The notes beneath the pieces were generated by a model, which was not told the DNA's origin, searched no databases, and worked only from the letters and a program-made list of their open reading frames with translations. 64,000 nucleotides of DNA, taken from assembly GCA_030141605.1 (NCBI GenBank), contig JAQGDQ010000532.1, positions 62,001 to 126,000 on the forward strand, in the 5' to 3' direction. Origin of the DNA: Tubiluchus corallicola (Eukaryota > Animalia > Priapulida). Position 1 is the first letter of the stretch. Each line of letters opens with the position of its first letter. Shown one piece after another: positions 24,731-37,000 of this stretch. Made by a program: the position numbers and the translations under genes.

Positions 24731-27700
24731 AAACATCTAAGCAGGATCGTGCTTACCTCCCATGTCCCACAAGATGTAATTAAAATACAGAACCTTGGTC
24801 ATATCAACACATGACAAAGTTTACTAGATGAACCGCCATGACAATAGCAAAATACGATATGTGTTCCAAGGATACAGTTAATTACACTGTGCATCAAATG
24901 TATACTGATCCTGACCTACATTTCTGTATAACTGAGTGTATTACTTCTTACTGAAGTATTAAGGCAAAATTAGAGACAAACATTACTGCCGTATTGCTTC
25001 GTCTCCTATAAAAGCTTTTGCCAATTTCAACGGCAGCAGAATTGAGGCTGCTTAACTGCTAGCTAAACAAGAAAAGACATCTGTGTTGAAACAATGCAAA
25101 GCTAGCAAATACTAAACAATGGGCGTAGCGAAGACAAGCATTTGATTAGGTCACACCGCGACTCCAGTAAACAAAATAAATATTACTTTTATAAATGGTA
25201 CATTCACTCCTGTTGTATGCCACTCACGAATGGGCAGATTGATTTCCATAAGGGTCACGTGACCAAGGTCAATCACCCACGCATACACACCTGTGATTAG
25301 ACAAACAGGTAAACAGCAATTATCACATCCTGATTGGCGAACGCATAAGTTTTAATGATCACTGAAGCGCGTCACCATAAAGCTAAACGATTTCAAAAAA
25401 ACCACAATGCAATTCAAACAACTCAATAACCAAAGACATGAAATTTCCTTTCACAGTTACAGCCAAACATTTTATCACATATGATAACAAAACTGAACGA
25501 TCAAAAATGAACTGGTAGGTTCAAAATTAGACAGTCCATTGATACAATCGCAGCTAATTTTATAATCACGCAATTTAAAACTGAAATTTCTTTGTCACGC
25601 TGTGGCTATTTCTTTAAGGGTCTTACTCAGGAACGTTTCATTATCATTCCTATCATTAAGAATTACCACCATCTTATTTGGAGCCACTTGACACTAAGTG
25701 TTAAAAATGTACATTTAATAGCCAATTTGAAAATTATGTTAACAATCTCTGTACCTAGTGCACAGTAGGATAATCATAATAGCCGGTGGCTATAATGTAC
25801 TTTCAAATGAATTTCAATACAAGACGTACAATAATAAATTTACAAGCTCTGTCAATACAATTTCCGCATCAGTAGAAGGCACAGTTACACAGGTCGCCTG
25901 TATAAAACTTGGTCAAAAATCTGTTTGTTTACAATGTATGTGTTGAAATACGTGTTAATTAATAGTAAAATAGGGGTATTTCTTAAAGAATATTGTTACT
26001 GATAATCAAAAGATAGCTATTCACGTCTTCTTAAAAAATGGAATAAGTTTACTTCAAGCTACGTAAATGCTGCTAAAACAGAGTCTGAGGGATCCCCAAT
26101 AATATCATTAGCGTAGGGGCCCCAAAAAGAGTCATTTTCCTGTCTCTGGGCGTGTAATACTCAAAACTCGTTTTTACATTGCATTATATTTGCATAAGGT
26201 AACAAAAATTAGGCATATTTATCTCAGAAAGTGTCACATGACATGTCAAAAAATCATTTTAAAATTTTGTTAAAAATTCTAAAAGTGATGTCCATTTTAT
26301 CATCAAATTATCATGTACATTTTACAATAGCAGAAAGAAAGTATCTGAAAGAAAGAAATAGCAGAAACAAACTATTAAATCTATAACAATGAAATTGAAA
26401 AAAAACACTAGAGGCACGAATGACAAAGAAATGTCATTTCACAGCATTATAAAATTAGATTTGATTAATCTACATTTGATTTCTTTCGCACATTTATAAC
26501 TAAATCAGGCATGGAAACGCAACTGAAATGCTCGGATAGATTTGTTAACTTATTGAGAATTTACCGTGCCGGAATGTCTTAAAAACGAATCTATTCACGG
26601 CCGTCCTAAAGCAGCCCAACAATATGAATAACCGAAAACCAGATCCTAATTTAACAACACAGAAAAGCAGCTCTCAGAAAAAAACTAGGATGCCATTTCC
26701 TAGCAGTTGCCCCCATTTGCCTGAACACAAAACTACTGCTCCATAATAATCTAGCAATTAAGTTTTTTTTAAAAACTAAGAGGACTTCTAGCATCATGGC
26801 AGAAATCATTGCCAGACACTATGATCTTCATCACGTGCAAAATCAAATTTCAATAAGTCTCTATTAGAATGTTGTCATCGTCGTTGTCATCATCGTCATC
26901 GTCATCATCATCATGAACAACATCATCTTCATTAATCAGACCACCACCATCATTGTCATAATAAAGATCGTCACTATTATCATAGTCATAATAATTATCA
27001 TACTAATCATTATCATCATATCATCATCAACAGCAACTGCAGTAGCAGTAACAATAAAAAGAAATATTTTCTTGGTTTGCAGTTTTCTAGCCTGCAATCA
27101 CCAGCACACAATATCCAACAAAAGAGAGCCTGTGGCACTGAGAGGACATGAATAATTTAGGCAAGCGTTTCTGCTAGCATGCAAGGCAGCAACACCACTG
27201 TGCTTTCTCCTTTACAGATCTATCACAACATGCAGAAGCTACATAACATTATTCACAATAGTTATTTACTTCCAAAGTTCCTAGCAATGGATTTAGAACT
27301 TACCAGAATAAATATTGACAAAGCCCAGTGTCACACTTGTGCCAAACAGCCATTGTCCTCAAAGTTCCAGCGACCCCAAAATTCTGTTTCACTGTGATTA
27401 ACCCCAATCAGTGATTATAGGTTTTCAGAAAATTAATGATCTATTATCGATTAATTATCAGTTTCTATGCTAGTAAGCAATTTTTTGTCTAATTAATTTT
27501 TTGTAATAGGATGTTTCTGCTGCTTCTATAAAAAACAATTGAAATGTGAGATGAATGAAGTGGGTTTCTTAAAGTTTAATTTGAATAATCTGATAGTTGA
27601 ATCAAGGAGCTGAACATTTTTGAGCAACACAAATAGGCACATCTTGCTTGTTTAGTATGCTCTTAGCACCTTCTGTAAAATTTCTCTCCAATCTAAGATC

Positions 27701-28376
27701 AAATGAACATATCGACAACACTGATCGGAAAGAAAAGAAACATACATTTTCCTGTCATATTGACAAATTTCACTATCATTGAATTAAAGGTACAAACCAA
27801 TCCAAGTTCCAATTTAATACCAATTGAAAACCCCTTTCAAAATTGCAAGACATTTCTGATTGGGAACATCCAGCGGGACATTGTAGTAAGTGCTATAGCA
27901 GAGTGACATCATCAGCAGAGGTAGCAATTTTAATTGAGTTTGAGTTCTTTTGAAATTGACCAAACAGGTCCAAAGCTAATTTTTAAGCAAAAGCAGCCCT
28001 TGACAAAGAAGTTGCAAAATGCAATTAATGGCACATGATAACACAATAGGCAGTGATACTGTGTACAGTAAAAGAACGCCAGATGACTGAAGTGTACGGA
28101 ACAGAATACATCAAAGCATACTGACACGGCTGCGCTTAGGCGTTCCATAGCTCTATTAATATGCAGGAAACTACCATTACATATACAACGTATAAAAGTT
28201 GGATATATCAAACCCTACCATCACAATCTCACTCGGGCATTTCATAGCTTCATTAACATGTTGCAAACTACCAACAAAAGCAGTACATTTTTATTCTTCA
28301 ACAGTCTTCGTAGGCGCGGGGCTTGGCCATTTCTTCGATACATTATAGGTGCCAGCATTTTGTTTGAAGAACTTAC

Positions 28377-28432
28377 CGTTTTCGTCCTATCCACCAGCAC
28401 TCAGAATCCGTAGCCAGGAACCAGCAAGACAT
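28377..28432 (-). CDS. Candidate alternative first coding exon (MSCWFLATDSECWWIGRKR)
   Basis: Ends in a perfect donor CG|GTAAGT in phase 2, the same phase as the 30667 donor; GC-richer than flanks. Coding status is inference. Confidence 0.4.
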
Positions 28433-30666
28433 GAACGAATCGTATAATCGACAGATCCGATAATGGAGATAATCCTGGATAACCGCTGTAGATATCATAT
28501 TACTTCCAGAGAGACAATGAGAAAGAGTTGTGGTGCTAATTAACACGATGATTAAAATTAAGTAGCTTTTCAGTGTCAGAGTTTGAAAAACATCGTCCCA
28601 CAAAAACTTTATAAACCTCATTCAGCGCACTATGACTATAACAAAAACGTCATCAAAGAATTTCCTGAGTTAGAATGGAAGATTTTTCGCAGCACTGCTT
28701 ACTAAAAGCTGCTTATTTGTGAAGTGTTTCACATGCCTTGCATGAAATTCATTTTATCATATCAACAAACACATTGCTACTTATAAGACTCGTTTTAACT
28801 GATATGACTGATCTTTTTAAAAATATTAGCAAAAGTAAGTCTAAAGTCCAAGTAGTTCAATGGTAACAGTTGCTTATTAACAAAAGTAAGTCAAATGTCC
28901 AAGTAGTTCAATGGTATCAGTTGGCAAACTATAAAATCTTACTGTCAACTAAACCGTTCCAAGTGACAGTTGCCACCTGTGAAGGTAATCAAAACAACCT
29001 TAACAAGGATGAATAAGAAATATAATTATGCACAACTGCAACAGCTTCTTGATTATGAGTCATCATGAGTCTGACAGCATATGCCCCAGACCTCTTCACT
29101 CCAGTGCTATAGCAATTATGGAGAAGCAGAAAGGAAAACTCAGCAACCTAATTAAAAAACGGCAAAGAAAAAAACCATTTACCAATCTGACTCATTCATT
29201 CATCACCTCTGTATGTTGAAAAAGTTGAAAAAATGGATATTTTTAACTGATATCCATGACTTCAATGACAGAGAATTTTATACAGTTTCTATATAAGGTT
29301 AATTCATGTAGATAAATAAATAAATAAAATAAAAAGTAATTCTGAGCAGTGTCTTGCACTCCGTAATGCTCGTTTGCATTTACGGCAATAACTGTCTTTT
29401 TTAGGTTTCTAAAACTCAGTCAAGCTAGAAAAATAGCCGAATAATTAATAACTGTTTTTGTAATAACCATCTTAGTTTAACAATAACTCCAGACAGTGCG
29501 CCATTAAGTGCATCCCAATCAAACTGTGTAAATTTCATAACTGAAATGTCAACAAATCCAAAGGTTTTGTGCTGCAAATTCTAATTTTAATAAATCATCG
29601 CTGTTATTGAAGTAGAATGCACAACACATCAGAACAAAGCTAAGGCTTTTTTGCCAGTTCAGTTTCTTATTTTAGTGGCTTTTGCATGATAAGGAACTAG
29701 GCTCTGTTCACAACCAAACTACCCTGCTCATTTAGTGAAGGGTACCAGCTTGCAGAGTATCAAAATCTATAAAAAAACATTGTTACCACCATCCCTCTGT
29801 AACACGCTGATTACTAGAAAAACCAAAAAATTAGATCACGAAGTTCTGCAACTCGATTTAACCATTTTATTGACTGTAGTGATTTTATTCATTTCAGATA
29901 AACAAAATAAAAGAAGAAAATCCAACTAATTTAAGCTTCATGAACAAAATTATATTAACACCAAGCCTTTAAAATTGTAATGCTAGAGCAGCCCAGACAC
30001 TGTTTTGTTCATACTAATGTACTGAACGACAACAACTTTCTTAAAGTACAAACAATATAAACAGTTTAAATTAATGTTGTGACTACGTCATGCATCAACC
30101 AAATTTTGACTATTCTTTCAGTTACTGCCACTGCACCTAGTTCGATTGCAAACTAAATTTGTCACAAAATACATAAACTTTATCGGCAAGATGACGATAT
30201 AAATCTTTCAATCTTGCAAGTTTTTTGTACAACCTATCAGCATAAACTCATCTCGAATAAAACCGGTATAGGTTATTCAGAATGATGAGTCATCTAACGA
30301 TTGGTTAAAGTCTTGCATTTTATGGATACACACTCACACTATGACTTTTGAGAAATACTACATTGGCTTACGATTTAGTTAGTTTTCTGCAATTGCACAT
30401 ACACTGCCGTGATTGTATGAATGTATGCATGAATCCCAAACGAGAGAATACACTTTATGAATGAACCAATACCGAAGTGTGTTACGTGTGCATACATAGT
30501 GTACTATACCACCCCAAATATTAAATCGTGACAGGCTCTTAAACTTAGACTACTCATGAATGCCAGGGGATTCGGACTGTCAAATGACCCTGGTGACTGG
30601 TCAAATAGCACAATAGCCAGCCAGTTTGTACAACAATTTAATAGTTTGTCTTAAAATTAGACTCAC

Positions 30667-30889
30667 CGCTCTTCTGAAGTACTAGTTACACTATCGTCCC
30701 TGCTATCAGTACTTGCAGTTGTTGTCGTTGATTGACTTTGGCGAGCGGCTTTATGATTTTCTTCTTTTGGTGGTACGGCAAAGGTTGCTGCAGCTGACGG
30801 TATTCCAGAGGAAATCGACGATTTTTTGTTTTCGTGTTGCTTTATTCGATGTTTCGCGTGCTTTGTTCGTTTTTTCCTAGCTTGTATAG
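30667..30889 (-). CDS. Second coding exon of the same gene (AIQARKKRTKH...DSVTSTSEER), basic then Ser/Thr-rich
   Basis: Acceptor TTTTAGTTTTAG, consensus donor CG|GTGAGT (phase 2), open frame, higher GC than flanks. Confidence 0.7.
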
Positions 30890-30982
30890 CTAAAACTAAA
30901 AAGCAAAACGGTTGAGTCAACTGAACAACAAGCTCTAATACTTTGGTTTTTCTATTAAAGTCATAATTTCTATAAAATTTAC

Positions 30983-31007
30983 CTTTTCTTTGCCCTTTTG
31001 AACTCAT
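30983..31007 (-). CDS. Probable first coding exon of a minus-strand gene (MSSKGQRK)
   Basis: ATG at 31007 in AAAATG context, donor G|GTAAAT at 30982, promoter-like motifs just upstream, frame joins the 30889 exon. Confidence 0.6.
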
Positions 31008-31029
31008 TTTGGTACAGCATCCATGGATT

Positions 31030-31090
31030 TAGCCATATGTCACGCATGCGCTCTGCGTAAGGAATGTCTTCACTTCCGTCCCAAAATGCT
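31030..31090 (-). promoter_or_regulatory. Putative core promoter of the minus-strand gene
   Basis: NRF1-like CGCATGCGC (~31043) and ETS-like CACTTCCG (~31071) directly upstream of ATG 31007. Confidence 0.45.
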
Positions 31091-31758
31091 CCGTACAAAA
31101 TCGAACACTAGATTCACTCAGCTCAAAACATTTCCATAATCGAACGCAAAACAATCATAACAGGCACAAGCAAAAAATTTTAACACAAAACTAGAGTTGT
31201 TCGTTAACTTCTACACTAGACAACGAAATTACTAACGTAGTCTAAAATTATTTAAGGAAACATACCTTAAATTGTTTTCTTTCTTTTCTCTTTCCCTCTA
31301 CCAGTCCCCACTCCCTCGCTTCTCGCTCTTTCTTATCTCTACATCTACATTCTGTTTCTCTTTCTCTCTCTCTCTCGCTCTCTCTCTTTCTTTGTCTATA
31401 TTTCTCACTCTTTCTATCTGCCTCTCTTTCTCTCTCTTCTATCTTTCTTTTAATTCTTGACAGTTTTATTTTACATACTTTTCTTTTATTTCTATTTTTC
31501 TGTCTTTTCCAAGGTTCTTGATTTGCGTTTTGTTATGCAATTGGTTTGTAGCAATTACCTAATTCGTGACCAATTTTCCTCTTTGGCCCTAGACAAAGCA
31601 GGACAGCACGGATGTTGGGACACAATCTTTAATTAACTATAGGCAACAGCCGAAATTAGACGTATGTGATTCCAAACAGAGGCCATGATATACTGAAACA
31701 AATATAACGTATTTATGATATTGATTGCTACTGAAGAATTTTGTTTAGGAACTGGCTA

Positions 31759-32193
31759 TAGGGGTAAGTATTCTTTAACGAAAATAAATTTGATTGAAAA
31801 CGAATTTGTGATTTTCGAACTCGAATCACAGCGGATTTCAGCATTTTTGAATCCGAATCGAATCTAATTCCATTTAAAAGTTTTCGAACCCATTAATAAA
31901 AAGCAATCTCATAAGGACCATCCATATATGTTACTTGGTTTGTTCTGCAATAAAAAATTAATAATTTTTTTAAAAATTGCACACTGAAATCACAGCTAAC
32001 TCGTGCTGTTTACATGAAGTTTCAAGCGTTCTAATGAAGACCATTATTTTTTACGTAGCTACATGAAGTGCTTGAATTATTCACATCTATAGTTTTACCT
32101 TTAATCGAATTCGAACTAAAAACACTTTCAATGCTAATTAGAATATTAGTATATTTGATTCGAACGTTTTAACCTGAACTTTGGTGGTCCCTA
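31759..32193. mobile_element. Small DNA-transposon remnant between the divergent genes
   Basis: TAGGG...CCCTA ends flanked by a direct repeat (CTGGCTA / CTGGCTG); subterminal TCGAA repeats. Confidence 0.55.
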
Positions 32194-33034
32194 CTGGCTG
32201 TATTCTAAGCAAAGCAGGTATTAAATAATTTAATTTACAACAGTTCAGTTTTAAAGTGTAACTGTAACAATTGATACAAAACAATTGCTAATACATTTAA
32301 TTTCCTACAAGTTTTGAACAATCGGAAAGTATAAAACAGCAAAGTGGAAAACTAACCTGGGAATTTAAACTACATATGGCTTTAAATTTTAACAGACCGT
32401 TGCATGAGAGCAAGAACTTGCATATATATACATCCAAGCTTATTCTGAGATAATAAGGAACGAAAAATTGAAGGTGTCTTGTAAATGAGACCAGTTTTCC
32501 TAAGTTTTTTAACTCTGTAGTTTTTATGTAAGTCATATTCAAGCTTTCATTTTACAATTGTGAAAACTTTTGACAACTTGCCAATTTTATGTTTGTGCTA
32601 TACTGTATACAATAGCCCTTTTGCTAACTAGTATGTATTAAAACTTTGATTGCAGATCCCTCTCTTTCTTAGGATCTCTTGCCTCGTTATTAATTTTGGT
32701 ATATTGATACACACAGTTTCACAAATATATTTAGAGGTCTTGTTCAAAGTTGTAACAACATGTGTACAGCAAGCCACGAGCGAGCAATGAACATGGAAGT
32801 GGTTAATTGTTGTAGTTTAAATAAAAATATTCTGCATTCAGGGTAGATACCATTCAGGGTAGAAACCATGAATTTTACTACAGAGATAGTTAAAATGGAA
32901 ATAGTAACAATGACATCTTTATAATTGCACTGCTACCTGTGAAATTGTACATTATGTTATGTCTATACCCCTACTGCCTGATAGTCTTAACAACTTTGTT
33001 TTTTTTATTACTTTTTTCTGCTAGGTAGGCATAT

Positions 33035-33200
33035 TTATGTGTATATGTATGTGTGTATGTATGTGTATATATGAGCATATATATATATATGTGTGTGTGT
33101 GTGTATGTATATGCGCATAAATAAGCGCATGGGTATCCAATTGGATATATAATATATGTACGCGTATCTATGTGTATATATGTATGTATAAATATATTTA
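33035..33200. repeat. (TA/TG)n tract
   Basis: Direct reading. Confidence 0.85.
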
Positions 33201-33435
33201 TGTAGCCATTAGTACTATTCATTAATCTATTCACCATTCACTATTCTGAAAATCTTCATCAAGATACTTGCGCATATGACTAATTAATAATAGTAACATT
33301 ACTTACAGGGTGGTTGACTTTGGTAACTTTTAGTTTTTCGCCACCCTTTTACCAATCACTTGAACAGCATTGACTCATAATTTATCGTACCATGCATTGT
33401 GTTTGTCTTGTAAAAAAAGGTGATAAATAAAGATA

Positions 33436-33466
<31 letters not shown>

Positions 33467-33942
33467 CAGGGAAAGTATACCAGCAGATAAAATCGCAAAA
33501 AATAATAATTTCTTATGATTGTTGTAGGTACAATTCTTCTGCACTGAGCATAAATATATTGTCACTGTGACAGATACAATGTTTTTGCACTGAACATTCT
33601 ATGCAATGTGCAGTGACAAGAGTGTGGAAAAAATTGGAAATGTAACTTATGACTGTTAAAATTAAACGCTATTCACTAAGATATTATCACGACTTACAGA
33701 CGCAATTTTTTTTTACGAAAACTGCCGTTATAAGTAACTCATTTTTGAAAAATTTGTAACTTTCGGGCTAGCTTCGCGTGATCGGCGTCGCAGCAAAATC
33801 AGGAAACTACAAGTTCGTTTTATTTTTCGCTAGTCAAAATTAAACATGGCAGCTCTCATAGGAAAACGTGCTAAATAGGATGATTACATTGGTTGTCTTG
33901 AATCTGGAGTCGTAATTAACAAGACGCACAGATACCTTCATT

Positions 33943-34019
33943 ATGTTGTGTTCGCTTAATCGAACTTTCTGCATAACTAAAGTAATTGCTAATTTTTCGA
34001 ACGTACCAGCTATTATAAG
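33943..34019 (+). CDS. CRYZL2: CRYZL2 exon 1 (MLCSLNRTFCITKVIANFSNVPAIIR; resembles a mitochondrial presequence)
   Basis: ATG 33943, donor AG|GTAAAT in phase 2 matching exon 2; no acidic residues. Confidence 0.65.
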
Positions 34020-37000
34020 GTAAATTGTACCAGTTGTTGTCCTCTTTCGTGGCCTATGGCTAATCTTGTTTTGTCTGCTGAGACGTGTAGCTTTACGTAT
34101 TAGCCTAATTATGTTAACGTCTTATCTTTATTTATATTTTGTCAAAAAGAAGTTAGTCCTTAAGGACATTGTATCAAAGAGCGTATCTCGGGGGTAGTTC
34201 GCTTGCTAATTTGAAGACGAAAGTTAATTCGGCAGTTGGCAGTTATTATGTGATAAATTTCAATGTTATTATATTCCTATTAGGTTGCCAAATGTCAACA
34301 CGTTGAGAAGCTTCACCGCAGCAGTATGTACAAAACTAAAAGAACCGTTAGTAATACAAGATATGCCACAACAGAAACACTTGAAGCAAGGAGAGGTATT
34401 CCATCAAAAATTTCATTTCTGATGTTGCTGCTAGCATCTCTATAATAATGTATGTTTTCGTACAAAGATAAAAAATATATATTTACTTCATGGTGAGCTT
34501 TTTCTAATGCTGTATTACATTACGACGTTAATAGGATGTTAATAACATAATTGCAACTAGACGCAACCAACTAGTTTTTACTTTAAATGTAGGTCTGCTA
34601 TTGGCATGTTTTTGTCCAACAAAGGCATGCAAAGTTGTAGGAGTTTAAACGTTTATATTTATTCACAAAACCAAAGGTAGCAATGGGAAATGGGTATTTT
34701 CAAATTATTTAAATGTCATGTACCATTTTATATGACAAAAACATTGATAGTACTTGATAGTAAAATAAAGTTGCCAGTTTCTTTTTCACTGGGCTAATGC
34801 ATGCCTACAACTGCCGGGAAGTTTACGAAATTTTGCAGTTGCTCTAATGACATGCCAGTGAGTCCCTAGGGATCCATCTAGACCAGTTTAGAGCCAACAA
34901 GTACAGACCAGTGGAGTACTCCAAACAACCGCACTGCTAAAGTCACTTGTCCCTGTATCCTGCGGAAATAATTGGTCATTTTTCATAATTTGAACTGTAA
35001 GTTCATTTTCTGTGAATTTAGCTTTAAAGGAAGAATCAACCCTCGAACAACATTTATCGCATTTTAATGTACAATTAAAAATATTGAAATCACAATATGA
35101 AATATGCGCATAAAATGCTTTGCTTAAAAATGTAAAAGAGGTTTAAATATTTCTTATCTCCCGCCAAACGAACATTGATGCCAGCATATTTCAAAAAAAT
35201 GACGTAAGCTAGTGTCTGCCGAGCAGCATGAATGTCATGAAGGCAAGCTGTATGAAGTTACACGTTGCTACACGTTGCAACATTTCAACAGTTTGCTTAG
35301 AAATTCCATTATTCTAATGTTGTGTTTATCTAGAAATTAATCATTCGATCAATTATGATCAAATTTAAAGTGGTTACGTTGTTTTAATCTACACCTTAAA
35401 ATTTGTAGGTAATTAATATTAAGAGTCATTCCGCGAGAAAACCATGCAAAAGTCAAAAAATAGTGGAAGGTGACAAATCACCGATTTTGTTCATATTCAC
35501 AGGGTTGGATGATCCCCTCAGATGTACCCCACAGCCAAAATATTAGATATCAAAAATGAGCCGTTTCGGAGATAGGCCGCCATTTTGATTTTTTTCGGAT
35601 TTTGGCCATTTTGACGTAAAAAAATGACCTATATTTGTCACATCATTACAGGCAGTAAATGAATGATCCAGGACTAGTTGCTCTGTGGTATATATAGTAG
35701 GGGTCTTGCCCTATTGCCACATTGAGTTTGATGAATTGAGATTCTCTTTCAGTAGGTATCATGAGCTCATGAAAGATGCGTGTCTGCTACAGTCTGAATG
35801 ACACCTTGTTTTAAAATTCTCATAACTCCACTGGGGCGGGTATTTGAAGTATAATTAATATATGTTTATTTACAGCTTGACCAGGCATACTTAGATCATT
35901 AATAAAATTTTGGCCAGCTCGTCCATAAATTGACGAGATTCGATCTTGAATGTGACATAAATCGGAAAAAAATTAGTACGAATTATTAATAATTCTGAAT
36001 AAAAAATGAAAATTTCAAAAAGAAACGATAAATTACAGTTTCTGTCTCTCTCTGTCTCTGTCTGTCTCTCTCTCTGTGTCTCTGTGTCTCTCTCTGTCTC
36101 TCTCTCTGTCTCTGTCTCTCTGTGTCTCTGTGTCTCTCTCTGTCTCTCTCTCTGTCTCTGTCTCTGTCTGTCTCTGTCTCTCTGTGTCTCTCTCTGTGTC
36201 ACTCTCTGTCTCTTGTCTGTCTCTCTGTCTCTGTGTGTCCCTCTCTGTGTCTCTCTCTGTCTCTCTGTGTCTCTCTCTGTCTCTCTGTGTATCTCTGTGC
36301 CTCTCTCTGTCTCTCTGTGTCTCTCTCCGTCGCTTTCTGTCTCTTTGTGTCTCTGTCTGTCTCTCTGTGTCTCTCTCTGTCTCTCTGTGTTTCTCTCTCT
36401 GTCTCTGTCTCTCTCTGTCACTCTGTGTCTCTCTATGTCTCTTTTTATGTCTCTGTCTGTCTCTCTGTGTCTCTCTGTCTCTCTCTGTCTCTCTCTGTCT
36501 CTCTCTCTGTCTCTCTGTGTCTCTCTTTGTCTCTCTGTGTCTCTCTCTGTCTCTCTCTCTCTCTCTGTCTCTCTCTGTGTCTCTCTGTGTCTCTCTCTGT
36601 CTCTCTCTGTGTCTCTCTCTGTCTCTCTGTGTCTCTCTCCGTCTCTCTGTGCCTCTCTCTGTCTCTTTCTGTCTCTCTGTGTCTCTTTGTGTCTCTGTCT
36701 GTCTCTCTCTCTCTCTGTTTCTGTCTCTCTCTGTGTCTCTTTCTCTGTCTCTGTCTCTCTCTGTGTGTCTCTCTGTTTCTGTGTGTCTCTCTTTCTGTCT
36801 CTCTGTGTCTCCATCTGCCTCTCTGTGTGTCTCTCTCTCTCTGTGTCTCTCTCTGTCTCTGTGTGTCTCTCTCTCTATCTCTATGTGTCTCTCTCTGTCT
36901 CTCTGTGACTCTCTCTGTCTCTCTGTGACTCTCTCTCTCTCTGTCTCTCTGTGTCTCTCTCTGTCTCTTTTGATAAGGAGGTTACCATAGCAACACATAG

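Noticed and set aside
35891-36998. Five ~270-320 aa ORFs (ETQR/SLCVSL repeats)
   Set aside because: Artefacts of the stop-free TC/TG microsatellite.
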